Below the pieces are notes generated by a model, which saw only the letters and a list, made by a program, of their open reading frames with translations, searched no databases and had not been told where the DNA came from. From Escherichia phage IrisVonRoten, in sequence record MZ501075: a DNA stretch of 64,000 nucleotides, one strand, 5' to 3'. Shown piece by piece: positions 10,620 through 20,138 of the stretch (within the stretch, counting starts at the first letter, position 1; each line of letters starts with the position of its first letter). A program made the position numbers and the translations under genes.

Positions 10620-10928
10620 CTAGGCATTCTTGGCTTTGAGTTCTTCAGCTCGTTTCTGTACTTCATGTAAAACCTCAGATTCGCTAAGAATCTGTGTAAA
10701 CGCATAGAAAAGCTGTGATGTTGTTTCTAGGGTGTAAGGAAAAGAGAAGCCAGATTTCGTTGGAAACCATTCATCATTAATATCAAGAAGCCAGTAACGA
10801 ATACCCATGTATAGATTCCCACGAAATTCAGATACTGTTAATCTTACTTGTTCCCCCTCCTTCTCCCAAAGTATGATGGACTGGTCATCAACGTGTCCTT
10901 CATAGTTTTGATTTACCTGTTCGCTCAT
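10620..10928 (-). CDS. hypothetical protein
   Basis: 102-aa ORF. Confidence 0.55.
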   Translation of the reverse strand: MSEQVNQNYEGHVDDQSIILWEKEGEQVRLTVSEFRGNLYMGIRYWLLDINDEWFPTKSGFSFPYTLETTSQLFYAFTQILSESEVLHEVQKRAEELKAKNA

Positions 10929-10978
10929 TTACATATCCCAAATACACAAAAAGCCCCATATAGGGGCTAATTGTTTTC

Positions 10979-11275
10979 TTATCGGCCTACTGGAGAAGCA
11001 CGATCTAACTCTGATTGGAGGCTAGTCACACGACGAACTTTCTCGACAGGAATAAAACGGAAGCTATCATTAGTACGAGAGAAGACAAGGATTTCATCAT
11101 CTTTCGCTTTACGAATACGTTCACGTTTAATACGCTCAGCCAGATATTTATCCTGGGCTGGATCAAATTCCATTGTACCCTGAAGGTACGTGGTTCCTTT
11201 CTGACGAAGTTTCTCGTAATGAAGATAAAACTCACCAAATTTTTCACACTGTGCGATAATTTCAGCTTTGGTCAT
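10979..11275 (-). CDS. hypothetical protein
   Basis: 98-aa ORF. Confidence 0.45.
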   Translation of the reverse strand: MTKAEIIAQCEKFGEFYLHYEKLRQKGTTYLQGTMEFDPAQDKYLAERIKRERIRKAKDDEILVFSRTNDSFRFIPVEKVRRVTSLQSELDRASPVGR

Positions 11276-11312
11276 AACTGTAGTTCCTTTTGTTGGTGGA
11301 TTTATCTAAATA

Positions 11313-11723
11313 TTACTTAGTGATAGCTCGGATTGCTTCTGCCAGATGAGCAGCCGCTTTACCGGTCAGTTTGTCGATAATTGCATCATCCAGAAAATCT
11401 GGTGCTAAGCCAGCATCAGAGAACGCTGAACGAAGGTCGGCATGAGCTTGGGCTTTGGAGGTGCGAGAACCACCGGAAGCTTTTTCTCCAGTAGATGCGC
11501 TAGATTTAGAAGTAGAACCAGCAGCTTTCTTAATATACAAACCTGCTTTAGTCAGCTTCATACGAAAACCGTTCGGAGTTACACCATTTTCCTGGGCAAT
11601 TTCACTAACAATTTCCATGCTAACACTCGGACGTTCATCCTCTGGGAATTGCTCCATACGAGCAACGTATTCGGAAGACATTTTTTCGAACAGTTCATCA
11701 GTCCACTGAGTTGGAGTAGTCAT
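11313..11723 (-). CDS. hypothetical protein
   Basis: 136-aa ORF with Ser/Ala-rich linker. Confidence 0.55.
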   Translation of the reverse strand: MTTPTQWTDELFEKMSSEYVARMEQFPEDERPSVSMEIVSEIAQENGVTPNGFRMKLTKAGLYIKKAAGSTSKSSASTGEKASGGSRTSKAQAHADLRSAFSDAGLAPDFLDDAIIDKLTGKAAAHLAEAIRAITK

Positions 11724-11829
11724 ATTTTATATTTCCTTAATTAAGAATTAAACAGAATAGTTCTTTCAAACTATGAGAATATTATATCAAGAATTGTAGG
11801 ATTAAGCAACTGAAATTTTTAAGTAGTTA

Positions 11830-12102
11830 CTACACCAGGCCAACAGCGAGCATATCATCAATGCTGGCAGCCTCCCAATCGTCCGCAATAGCTTCACATA
11901 CTGTTAATGAAACAACTTCGCTATACGGATAGTTACCAGCTACCCAAGTATGCTGAGTAGCTACATCCGAGTCAGCGTCTAAAGTTAGTAACACTAAGCC
12001 ATTATTGTCATTATCCCAGCTTCTACGATATAGAGTTTTTACTTCTCCATCTTTAAGTAAATCAGTTAGTTTACTCACGGCGTTTTCCTTTTTCTTTATC
12101 AA
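11830..12102 (-). CDS. hypothetical protein
   Basis: 90-aa ORF. Confidence 0.45.
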   Translation of the reverse strand: MIKKKENAVSKLTDLLKDGEVKTLYRRSWDNDNNGLVLLTLDADSDVATQHTWVAGNYPYSEVVSLTVCEAIADDWEAASIDDMLAVGLV

Positions 12103-12775
12103 GTTTCAAGGCAGCCTTAACAGCTTCGTTAATCAACGTAATAACTTCTTCACGAGTCCACTTGTACCCCAGGGATTTTACGTCAACCCCTAACTTTTCC
12201 AGATGTTTAACAGAAGCCAGCTCGTAATTCATATAATGAACGTTCTGTTGTTTGCCTTCTGATAGAAGCCATACACGGTAACAACCAACAGGATTATCCA
12301 TTGCTTTTTTGATTTCACCGATACACTGGTATCCAGGAACCCAAACAAGCTCGCCTATCTCAAATTCTTCTGCTACAGCATCGTCAGGAATAATTGGAGG
12401 ATTCAATGGGTCTACAATATCGTTCAAACGAAGTAGAGCACCATATCGTTCCAGGACAGATTTAACCATTGCTACAGAGCGATAATTACGATCAGCAATC
12501 TCTTCAAAAGAATCACCAGATAAATACTGTTCAATAACGTTAGCTAACTCGATGCCTTCAATGAGTGTACCACGTTTCTTTTTCTTCATCTCGGCAACTT
12601 GAATTTGGCGATCTTGCCATTCTTCAATCATCCTTTCCATAGTTGGATTGGATGATACGCCGAGCATTTCGCATGCTGCTTTCTTAGTACCACCGTTTTC
12701 CAGATGCTCTATAACTTTTTTAAAGACTTCATCCGGGATTTCATGGATATGTTTCTTTCTGCGAGAACCAGCCAT
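12071..12775 (-). CDS. hypothetical protein with N-terminal HTH-like segment, first gene downstream of the PN25-like promoter
   Basis: 234-aa ORF; GAGAGGAG SD of the PN25 leader directly upstream. Confidence 0.6.
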   Translation of the reverse strand: MAGSRRKKHIHEIPDEVFKKVIEHLENGGTKKAACEMLGVSSNPTMERMIEEWQDRQIQVAEMKKKKRGTLIEGIELANVIEQYLSGDSFEEIADRNYRSVAMVKSVLERYGALLRLNDIVDPLNPPIIPDDAVAEEFEIGELVWVPGYQCIGEIKKAMDNPVGCYRVWLLSEGKQQNVHYMNYELASVKHLEKLGVDVKSLGYKWTREEVITLINEAVKAALKLDKEKGKRRE

Positions 12776-12804
12776 ATTTAAACTCCTCTCTCAAATTTAT
12801 GAAT

Positions 12805-12833
12805 CTATTATACAGAAAAATTTTCCTGAAAGC
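12805..12833 (-). promoter_or_regulatory. T5 PN25-like early promoter
   Basis: Reverse strand reads AAATTTATTTGCTTTCAGGAAAATTTTTCTGTATAATAGATTCATAAATTTGAGAGAGGAG, matching the PN25 sequence as recalled. Confidence 0.7.
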
Positions 12834-12843
12834 AAATAAATTT

Positions 12844-13077
12844 TTACGATTCCTTGAGCAAAGAAGAAAGTTCAGCATATACTTTATCTAACTCAAACCC
12901 TATGCGAAGAGATACGTTAGTCCTCCGTTGTTTAAGTAACCACTCGGATATGTTAGGGATACCAGCTAATCTATGTGGTACCACTCTACATAGCTTTTCC
13001 GAAGTATCATAAACAGGAACTTTACGTTCTTTTACTGGAAACTTCCTTGTTTCCCATTTTTTATTCTTCACTGTCAT
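12844..13077 (-). CDS. hypothetical small protein
   Basis: Internal Met start chosen to limit overlap with the HNH ORF. Confidence 0.3.
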   Translation of the reverse strand: MTVKNKKWETRKFPVKERKVPVYDTSEKLCRVVPHRLAGIPNISEWLLKQRRTNVSLRIGFELDKVYAELSSLLKES

Positions 13078-13591
13078 ATCTCTCCGAGGGATTAAATTCA
13101 CCAAACAATTCTTTAACTCCCCTAAGGTATAGCTGATGGGCTTCTTCCGGGGTATCTCGTCTACCAAAAATATGCTGCTTTCCATCGCAGTAAGCGTAGG
13201 CCATATACCTATTACCTCGTTTTACAACTCCAGTGAATCCGGTAGAATTAGTAGAACACTTCTTATTCTTTCCATTTTCGGAATAGGTAGCCTTACGTAA
13301 ATTATCCCACAAGTTGTTTAAACTATCACCGTCTTTATGGTCGATAGTTTTATCTCCAGGATCTTCGCCTGTCTTTATAAACCAGATTATTCTATGGGCT
13401 AAGTAAGCTGTCCGCTCCCCATTTATCGTAAACTCTAACTGTCTCCCAGTTTTCATTTTGGAGCCCGCTACCTTTCCCTTCCTTGGGCCAGATAACCAAA
13501 TTAAGTCCCCAGTACTTTCGTCATACCTAAGCTTTTCTAGGATAAATTCCATAGGAGGCATTGGTTTATGCATCTTCATTAGTTGCTCCAA
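13061..13591 (-). CDS. HNH homing endonuclease
   Basis: IDHKDGDSLNNLWDNLR HNH core in translation. Confidence 0.65.
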   Translation of the reverse strand: MEQLMKMHKPMPPMEFILEKLRYDESTGDLIWLSGPRKGKVAGSKMKTGRQLEFTINGERTAYLAHRIIWFIKTGEDPGDKTIDHKDGDSLNNLWDNLRKATYSENGKNKKCSTNSTGFTGVVKRGNRYMAYAYCDGKQHIFGRRDTPEEAHQLYLRGVKELFGEFNPSERYDSEE

Positions 13592-16352
13592 GTTCGGACA
13601 TTACTTCTTCTGCCATAGCTTTCTCCTCCTCTGTCATGAATTTGAAAGGAATTGGCATACACTCTATTTTACAATAGGTTCTGTACCAGTCTACGATATT
13701 CTCCGTGTTCATATCTTTACCAATACCCATCATACCAAGATACATTCTAGCATATTTTGGGTTCGCACTCTGACCTGTTTTAAGGAAGAAGTCCTTCTTC
13801 TTACCTTTCAGAGCTTCTATGAATGGTTTAATGGTCACATTTGAACATTTCTTAATATCTTCCCAGAACATCTCGTGCATCTTATGGAAGAATGCAGCTC
13901 GATCATTCGGCTTATCTTTGATATATTGTTCAACATGCTCAACTGTTACATCTTTAATAGACTCAAGATGATAGTAGCGAACAAGAAGTAGTTTAGCTTC
14001 ATACGCATCCACATGACGTGGAGCACAATAATCCGGAGTTGAATGTAGAATAGCTTTGATTCGCTCTTCTGTGTACTCTTTACCAGCACCTTCAATAGTT
14101 CCCCAGCTTTCGCTGAAAATATCAATAGTTGCACCCTGATCAAGCAAGTAATAACGTAAGGTACTAGTATAGTTTCTAGATTCCAGCTCCCTGCGACGTG
14201 CATATAATTGCTGTGCTAACTCCAGCCAACCCTCATCAATATTATATTGTTCAGAACCTGCAGAGAATCCACTCGTAGATTTATCAATAAAATAATAGAT
14301 ATTCTGAGCACCACGGTCGCGCCTGATTGCTTGAAAACGCATGTTTGGCGCTTGATTACTAGTTCTCGTAATAACAAATACGTTATCGAAGTAGTTGAAG
14401 TCAACGCCACTCGTTACGGATGGACTACATAATAAGCAATCAATTTGTTGATCAATTAGCTCATTAGTTGTGTAATCCAGAATACGTCTAATATCCACAT
14501 CAGATGTAGAGTTTGAATGGATTTCCTTAACTAACGCACCAGTATTGCGACGTAGTGCCATACCCTTCTCATTAAGCTCATCAGGCCCACAATCAGATAC
14601 TAGAATAGATTTCTCACCCATCTCTAGAGAAGTCTGAAGTGCAACCCAAATACTGGACTCATCAGGGAACTCATAAGCATGAGCTTTTGACAGCATTTTA
14701 CGGTGATGATTGTAAAATGCTACTGGTTTATCGAACTCAATCAAAGAACCATATGCTTCAATTGTTTCAGCACTAATATCACCATCTGATAGTATAATGA
14801 TTTTTGCAGTTGCAAGAATATCACGAAGAACCTGAATACACTCACGACGTTGCTTAACAACCGGGGCGAATAATAGGTCATTCATTACTGCATCACATTC
14901 ATCTATAAAGATTGCATCAATTTGACCAATAAAACTCTTAAACTTATGCAAAGAGTGAATGGTTGTGGACATACGGTCAATAGCACCACGCTTGAAATTA
15001 AGCATATCTACAGACTTATCATATTGTCCTGCACTAAATTTCTTAGCATTTGAAGATACCAGTGCTCTAGTGTTGGTAATTGCTAAGAAATTACCTTTAA
15101 TAACTCCTGAATCCAGCCAACGAACAACAGCTGTTGTTTTACCCGTGCCTAGACTTGCTTTTACAAAAGTCATATAGCCTTCTGGTGGTACAGTATTTAA
15201 TTTCAAGAAGTTGTCGGTCTCTAGTGAATTAGTTTCTAGCTTTTTAAGGGGGATACCTTTTAATATTTCAGGGATCTCACGCTTAGAGTTATTCACAAAG
15301 GCTTTTAATGCCTGCTTCCGTCCGTTATTGAAATAATCCTGAATATTACGGCTATTATCTTTAGTTGCAATATATTCTGATAAAGCTGGGCGGATTTCTT
15401 TTTCTAGCCAACCAAAATCTACCCCATCCTCTAACGCTCGGTGATATAGCTTTGGAATAATACGTAAGTATACCCCATCATCAGCCTCTTCTAGCTCACT
15501 GATAGTTTCCTCTACTTTATCAGAGGCAGCTTTTTTACCTTTAATTTGATCGAGTAAAGAGTAGAATTCCTCTTTAAACTCTCCTCTAGTTGTTTCATAG
15601 TCAACTAGATTATTAGGTAAATTTACTTTTGAGCCTTTAACAAATACCAGACGTGAAGCACCCTCCGCTTTAAACGGATCAACTATACCATCAGTAAATA
15701 AAGGATCTGCAAAATAGTGGAGCTGTACGGAAGAGTAATAAGCTAAGTCGGCAATATCAAAGCCATACTTTTGTCTACTACTTTCGTTGATAGATGTAAA
15801 TAAGAACTTGATCTGACCCTGTGTAACTTTAACATTAGATTCTAGTATTAAGTGCATTCGGATACCTGGTTTTAGTCCAGCCGAAGACGATGCATGAGCA
15901 ATAAACCCTGCATCAAGAGGAAACATATCCTCACTAATACTATTCAACATCCTAATAATAAGACGCGCCATGCCAACAAGATCAAACTTGTTACAACCTC
16001 CTGTATCTACAATACCATCCACATCCATTGCGATTATATGACTTGGATTAGATACATTAAAGTTGCCCTTCTTACGTCGCACATTATTTTTGGGTGCAAG
16101 ACATCGACCTCGCACCGCAACGATATGAGGGTCAGACGTTAAACGTCTCATAAGAGGAAGCATTTCTACTAGGGTTTGAGGATCAACTTCGTCAATTACA
16201 TCAAACTTGAAGGGCATTGAAGCTGGTTTACCTTCAGGATGCTTTGAGGAAAATCTTTTAGCAAAAAGATAATCTTCTGCTTTAACTTCTCGCCAATTGC
16301 CTGTGGCTAAATCGCGATGAAATCCTGCATGACCTTGTAGGATTGAAAACAC
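13566..16352 (-). CDS. large replication-associated P-loop ATPase (putative origin-binding/helicase protein)
   Basis: Walker A GTGKTT, IFIDECD Walker B-like; start placed at GTG after AGGAG SD; track ORF extends to 16430. Confidence 0.65.
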   Translation of the reverse strand: MFSILQGHAGFHRDLATGNWREVKAEDYLFAKRFSSKHPEGKPASMPFKFDVIDEVDPQTLVEMLPLMRRLTSDPHIVAVRGRCLAPKNNVRRKKGNFNVSNPSHIIAMDVDGIVDTGGCNKFDLVGMARLIIRMLNSISEDMFPLDAGFIAHASSSAGLKPGIRMHLILESNVKVTQGQIKFLFTSINESSRQKYGFDIADLAYYSSVQLHYFADPLFTDGIVDPFKAEGASRLVFVKGSKVNLPNNLVDYETTRGEFKEEFYSLLDQIKGKKAASDKVEETISELEEADDGVYLRIIPKLYHRALEDGVDFGWLEKEIRPALSEYIATKDNSRNIQDYFNNGRKQALKAFVNNSKREIPEILKGIPLKKLETNSLETDNFLKLNTVPPEGYMTFVKASLGTGKTTAVVRWLDSGVIKGNFLAITNTRALVSSNAKKFSAGQYDKSVDMLNFKRGAIDRMSTTIHSLHKFKSFIGQIDAIFIDECDAVMNDLLFAPVVKQRRECIQVLRDILATAKIIILSDGDISAETIEAYGSLIEFDKPVAFYNHHRKMLSKAHAYEFPDESSIWVALQTSLEMGEKSILVSDCGPDELNEKGMALRRNTGALVKEIHSNSTSDVDIRRILDYTTNELIDQQIDCLLCSPSVTSGVDFNYFDNVFVITRTSNQAPNMRFQAIRRDRGAQNIYYFIDKSTSGFSAGSEQYNIDEGWLELAQQLYARRRELESRNYTSTLRYYLLDQGATIDIFSESWGTIEGAGKEYTEERIKAILHSTPDYCAPRHVDAYEAKLLLVRYYHLESIKDVTVEHVEQYIKDKPNDRAAFFHKMHEMFWEDIKKCSNVTIKPFIEALKGKKKDFFLKTGQSANPKYARMYLGMMGIGKDMNTENIVDWYRTYCKIECMPIPFKFMTEEEKAMAEEVMSELGATNEDA

Positions 16353-16852
16353 AACAATACTCCTGTGTTGGAAATGAAATAAGTTTTCTTTAGGACTATT
16401 CAGAAAGAATAGAACAACTGTTACTGTCAATTTCTCAACAAATTAATTGCAAATACTGAAGTGGGGTGGCAACTTCCACTTTCACGCTGCGCTGCTGCCT
16501 CATTATATCGCACAAATCCTTGAGGATGGCCGCTAAGCCAGATTTGCTCACCTAATGCTTCATATACTAGCTCATACTAGATGCAATATAACTTACAGAA
16601 TCACGTCTCGGTAGTTTTTCACTCCTCCCATCTCACTTCACAACCACCTCATACTAGGTTGCTTCGAGGCCTTACCAGGGTTCCTATGGGACGCAGATCG
16701 CTAAGTATTCTATTAACTATTTGTTTAAAAACTAACACGTAACAGTTAAAACAACCCTTAATGGGGCAGCCTAACTGTTCCGTATCGCGGATTGTAAACA
16801 AGAAAAATTAGTAAAACCAATTTTTACTAATGTCTCTCAATTCAATATAAAT

Positions 16853-16881
16853 ATTATATCAAGATTTTGAGTATCATGCAA
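16853..16881 (-). promoter_or_regulatory. promoter upstream of long leader of the 954-aa ORF
   Basis: Reverse strand TTGCAT, 17-bp spacer, TATAAT. Confidence 0.5.
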
Positions 16882-16921
16882 GTAAAATTTTCCGGATGGT
16901 GCTATCAGTGTCTTTGAGTAC

Positions 16922-16950
16922 AGAGAAAACCGAGCCAAAATGACTCGGTT
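16922..16950 (-). terminator. rho-independent terminator (minus strand)
   Basis: AACCGAG...CTCGGTT hairpin followed by TTTTCTCTG on reverse strand. Confidence 0.55.
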
Positions 16951-16957
16951 ATACGGA

Positions 16958-17152
16958 TTAATCATAAAAAAGACCACGAATAGTATTAGCAAATTTAAGT
17001 ATAATAGCGCGGTTTGAGCTACTTAACTTTTTAATATCGAAAGTGGGATCAGTCAAATATCTCGCCATAAATTTTACTTGTTTAGCGGAAAGTTGACCCT
17101 TATTCCACTTTTTAATTTTACCATAACATACCCAATATTCTTTATTCATCAT
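16958..17152 (-). CDS. hypothetical small protein
   Basis: 64-aa ORF. Confidence 0.4.
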   Translation of the reverse strand: MMNKEYWVCYGKIKKWNKGQLSAKQVKFMARYLTDPTFDIKKLSSSNRAIILKFANTIRGLFYD

Positions 17153-17534
17153 TTAGTCCCGGAACATAGATTCCAACACGATTTAATTGTTCTTTAGCTT
17201 CTTTGAGAATACCTGGAGTGTACTCCCAAATATCATCTTCCACCTGTAAAAGATGGGGCGAACAACCGTCACCAGGCACACGACATATGGCCAAACCACG
17301 TGGATGGAACAAAGAGAAATTTAGTGCAACAATTAAACCCATAGCAGACAATTCATTCCAATCCAATTCCCATTCCCTAGCGTAGCCTGATAGGAAAACA
17401 CCAACACAGGGATCATCTATTTGCTGCTCTGGAAAAGTGAAGGAGGCTTGTCTTACCCCCAACCAACGTTGTAGCAGCTTCTCCGCACGCTTCACCAAAC
17501 TAGGATCAATCTGACGCCAATATACTTGTTTCAT
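17142..17534 (-). CDS. hypothetical protein, paralogue of 17543-17971
   Basis: Shares G..E..L.EMGL..ALN..LF.P and C-terminal ..VPGL motifs with the adjacent ORF. Confidence 0.55.
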   Translation of the reverse strand: MKQVYWRQIDPSLVKRAEKLLQRWLGVRQASFTFPEQQIDDPCVGVFLSGYAREWELDWNELSAMGLIVALNFSLFHPRGLAICRVPGDGCSPHLLQVEDDIWEYTPGILKEAKEQLNRVGIYVPGLNDE

Positions 17535-17542
17535 TGTGCCCC

Positions 17543-17971
17543 TTAGGCAGTTAAACCCGGAATTTGATAACCAAAACGACGAAGTTTTTGGATACCATCA
17601 TTTACTTCTTCCGGTGAGTAAGACCAACCGTAATGTTCATTAATTTGAAAGCCTGGAGATTCACTGGTTTTATAATTAACAACAATACGGTGTTTATTGG
17701 GCATAAATAGCTTATAGTTTAATGCAAAAACCAAGCCCATTTCATCTAACTCTTTCCAGCCGACAATCTCTTCAAGACCATCCTCTACCTGCACAATTAA
17801 ACCAATACAGGGAGCTTCTTCAATCTCACCTTTAAAAGCAAAGGAGATTTCATTATTCTCACACCATATTTTCAGAGCATTAATAGCCTCATTGTACAGG
17901 TTGTCTGGAAGAGTACGCCAAAAATTAACCAATATTGGGTTAGCTTCTTTAGAGAATACATTATTGAACAT
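17543..17971 (-). CDS. hypothetical protein, paralogue of 17142-17534
   Basis: Tandem duplicate of neighbouring ORF. Confidence 0.55.
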   Translation of the reverse strand: MFNNVFSKEANPILVNFWRTLPDNLYNEAINALKIWCENNEISFAFKGEIEEAPCIGLIVQVEDGLEEIVGWKELDEMGLVFALNYKLFMPNKHRIVVNYKTSESPGFQINEHYGWSYSPEEVNDGIQKLRRFGYQIPGLTA

Positions 17972-17973
17972 AT

Positions 17974-18480
17974 TTACACCTTAAATTGTTGTAGGGCTTT
18001 ACACATTTCAAGATCTGGACTAAATTCTAACATATAGCTAACAGCTTTTAAATCTTGAAGATTTATTCCAGTTCTACCGTTGACTATAACCGTTGGATAC
18101 TGGTACATCATAGCACCAGCGTCATCCAGCACACACCAATGTTTGAGCTTATGCTTTTCAACAAAGCGAAGAACAGAATTACCCCTAGATAGCCCACCAC
18201 CAGTAAAATCCGTTGTACCAAGAAAACGATCGATAAGATCTAATCCGGTCATAATCTGAACGTTCTCCATCTCATTCCTAACAGAGAACCATGAAGATAC
18301 CCCAACAATCATTATTGGAGAAGGACTAATAAAGTCCTGAAAAGCCTTGAGAAGCGGTTTAAAAACCCAGTCACTTCCAAAGAAAATCTTTTCATCATCA
18401 GGTGCATGGTGATGGGAGATGCTCGAGTTGAGCACCCCATCAATATCTAGAAAAATAATTGGAGTATTACTTATTTCCAT
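17974..18480 (-). CDS. HAD-superfamily phosphatase
   Basis: N-terminal FLDIDGVL (DxDG motif I). Confidence 0.6.
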   Translation of the reverse strand: MEISNTPIIFLDIDGVLNSSISHHHAPDDEKIFFGSDWVFKPLLKAFQDFISPSPIMIVGVSSWFSVRNEMENVQIMTGLDLIDRFLGTTDFTGGGLSRGNSVLRFVEKHKLKHWCVLDDAGAMMYQYPTVIVNGRTGINLQDLKAVSYMLEFSPDLEMCKALQQFKV

Positions 18481-18649
18481 TTTTGTTCCTTTCTAAGAAC
18501 GTATCATACTCAACTGTATCAACATATATGACACCATAGTCATCGGATTTATAGTCCATTTCCCATAGCTCACATCGATAGCACCAACTACCATCCGCCC
18601 ATACAAATATATCATCGGGATGTGTATATACAGATTTAACTATGGACAT
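18467..18649 (-). CDS. hypothetical small protein
   Basis: 60-aa ORF. Confidence 0.35.
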   Translation of the reverse strand: MSIVKSVYTHPDDIFVWADGSWCYRCELWEMDYKSDDYGVIYVDTVEYDTFLERNKNGNK

Positions 18650-19464
18650 ATCTGTTTCCCCGGCATATAAGGTCTACCCTCTAGATGAGCTTCCACACGA
18701 GCAATAAAACCAGGGTCACTGAAAGCATCTACCGCACCTTTACTCCAGTAAGGAATACCACGATCTTCCAGTTGGTACATATCACTACGAGTCATACCTT
18801 GATAGCCTGGTTCCGCCGCTAAGGCACTATCGTAGTAGTTAACTACCATAAGTTTCGCAGCAGTCCGATTAAGAACAGGGAATAATTCCCAGTAGAAGTT
18901 AATTACTTGGTTAGAGCAACCAACCACCACAATCATATCTTGACTGGTAATACCATCAAAAACATTGTACATCTCAGCGTATGCTGGAGCACACTCCCCA
19001 AAGAAGATTACATTAGGTTTAACCCATTTATAATCATCAGGGTCAATAGAGCTATACCCAACATCAATAACTCGTTTATTACTACTATTGTAGCTATCAG
19101 CTACAACAACCTCTTTTAAATACCCGTGAATGTGCAGAATGTCACTATGTGGAACGCCAGCACGCTCAATAAGGTCATCAACGTTGGTAGTTAAGTTTAC
19201 TACTTGACCCGGATATTTCTTATACCATTCACCAATACGCAGGTGTGCAAGATTGGGCTCAACAGTTTCTAACTCTTCACGACGTTTGTTGTAAAACATG
19301 TGGGTTTTATGATAAAAGTTACCACGAAAGGCATGAATATTACATACCTCTTCTAAGTCATAATCATCCCACAATGCTTTACCACTAGCAGTATCAGTAC
19401 GAAAAGCTCGTACACCACTTTCAACACTCAAACCCGCACCGCTAATAATAATTAATCTACGCAC
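18640..19464 (-). CDS. Sir2-family (sirtuin-like) NAD-dependent protein
   Basis: GAGLSVESGVRAFR, TTNVDDL and IHG motifs match the sirtuin core. Confidence 0.65.
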   Translation of the reverse strand: MRRLIIISGAGLSVESGVRAFRTDTASGKALWDDYDLEEVCNIHAFRGNFYHKTHMFYNKRREELETVEPNLAHLRIGEWYKKYPGQVVNLTTNVDDLIERAGVPHSDILHIHGYLKEVVVADSYNSSNKRVIDVGYSSIDPDDYKWVKPNVIFFGECAPAYAEMYNVFDGITSQDMIVVVGCSNQVINFYWELFPVLNRTAAKLMVVNYYDSALAAEPGYQGMTRSDMYQLEDRGIPYWSKGAVDAFSDPGFIARVEAHLEGRPYMPGKQICP

Positions 19465-19658
19465 TATACGATTCCTTGCTTAAATCCTTCGATAATATTT
19501 CGGAGTAAAATTGCTTCCTCCGGGCGTACCTTTTCTTGTTTAATAAGCATATCCAATCTAGCAATACAAGTAGCTACACCAGCATTATAACCAAAGTTCC
19601 ACTGCTCAATAAGCATGTTTTCTGGATTACTTTTTAGATTCTGATTCAAGAAGTCCAT
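19464..19658 (-). CDS. hypothetical small protein
   Basis: 64-aa ORF. Confidence 0.4.
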   Translation of the reverse strand: MDFLNQNLKSNPENMLIEQWNFGYNAGVATCIARLDMLIKQEKVRPEEAILLRNIIEGFKQGIV

Positions 19659-19830
19659 AAAGTTTCTCCTCTAGTTCCATAACACGATTTTCATAAGAAG
19701 CACGCAACTTTTCAATTGCCAGTGCACGCACTGTAACCTCATTAGAATTAATAGCTAGTTGGGCCAGATCTTCTGTTTCCATACGTCCGTTGTAAATTAA
19801 GCGATATTTAAGATGTTTTACGTTTTTCAT
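19627..19830 (-). CDS. hypothetical small protein
   Basis: 67-aa ORF. Confidence 0.4.
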   Translation of the reverse strand: MKNVKHLKYRLIYNGRMETEDLAQLAINSNEVTVRALAIEKLRASYENRVMELEEKLYGLLESESKK

Positions 19831-19895
19831 TCTTGTTCCTCAAACATTTCAATTTCTGCATTAGCAATAGAAAGGGCGGGCTCAGATAAGCACAA

Positions 19896-20039
19896 TCACG
19901 CCCTAAGATCAATCTTCTCTTCGTCCATCCAAGTATTTACTAAACATAATTTAGTTATACCCTCACGGAGAATGGAACCATATGCCCCAGAATCCATAAT
20001 AAAATAGATACGTTCTTTATCTACCTTGTGAACTCTCAT
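19896..20039 (-). CDS. hypothetical small protein (47 aa)
   Basis: ATG preceded by GAGGAG SD within a T5-type promoter leader; below ORF-track size cutoff. Confidence 0.4.
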   Translation of the reverse strand: MRVHKVDKERIYFIMDSGAYGSILREGITKLCLVNTWMDEEKIDLRA

Positions 20040-20138
20040 ATCTTTCTCCTCTCAAATTTATAAATCTATTATATATAAATTTTTGGCTGAAAGCAAATAA
20101 AATAAAAGCCAGGTCGACTAGCAACCCGGCTGATTAGC

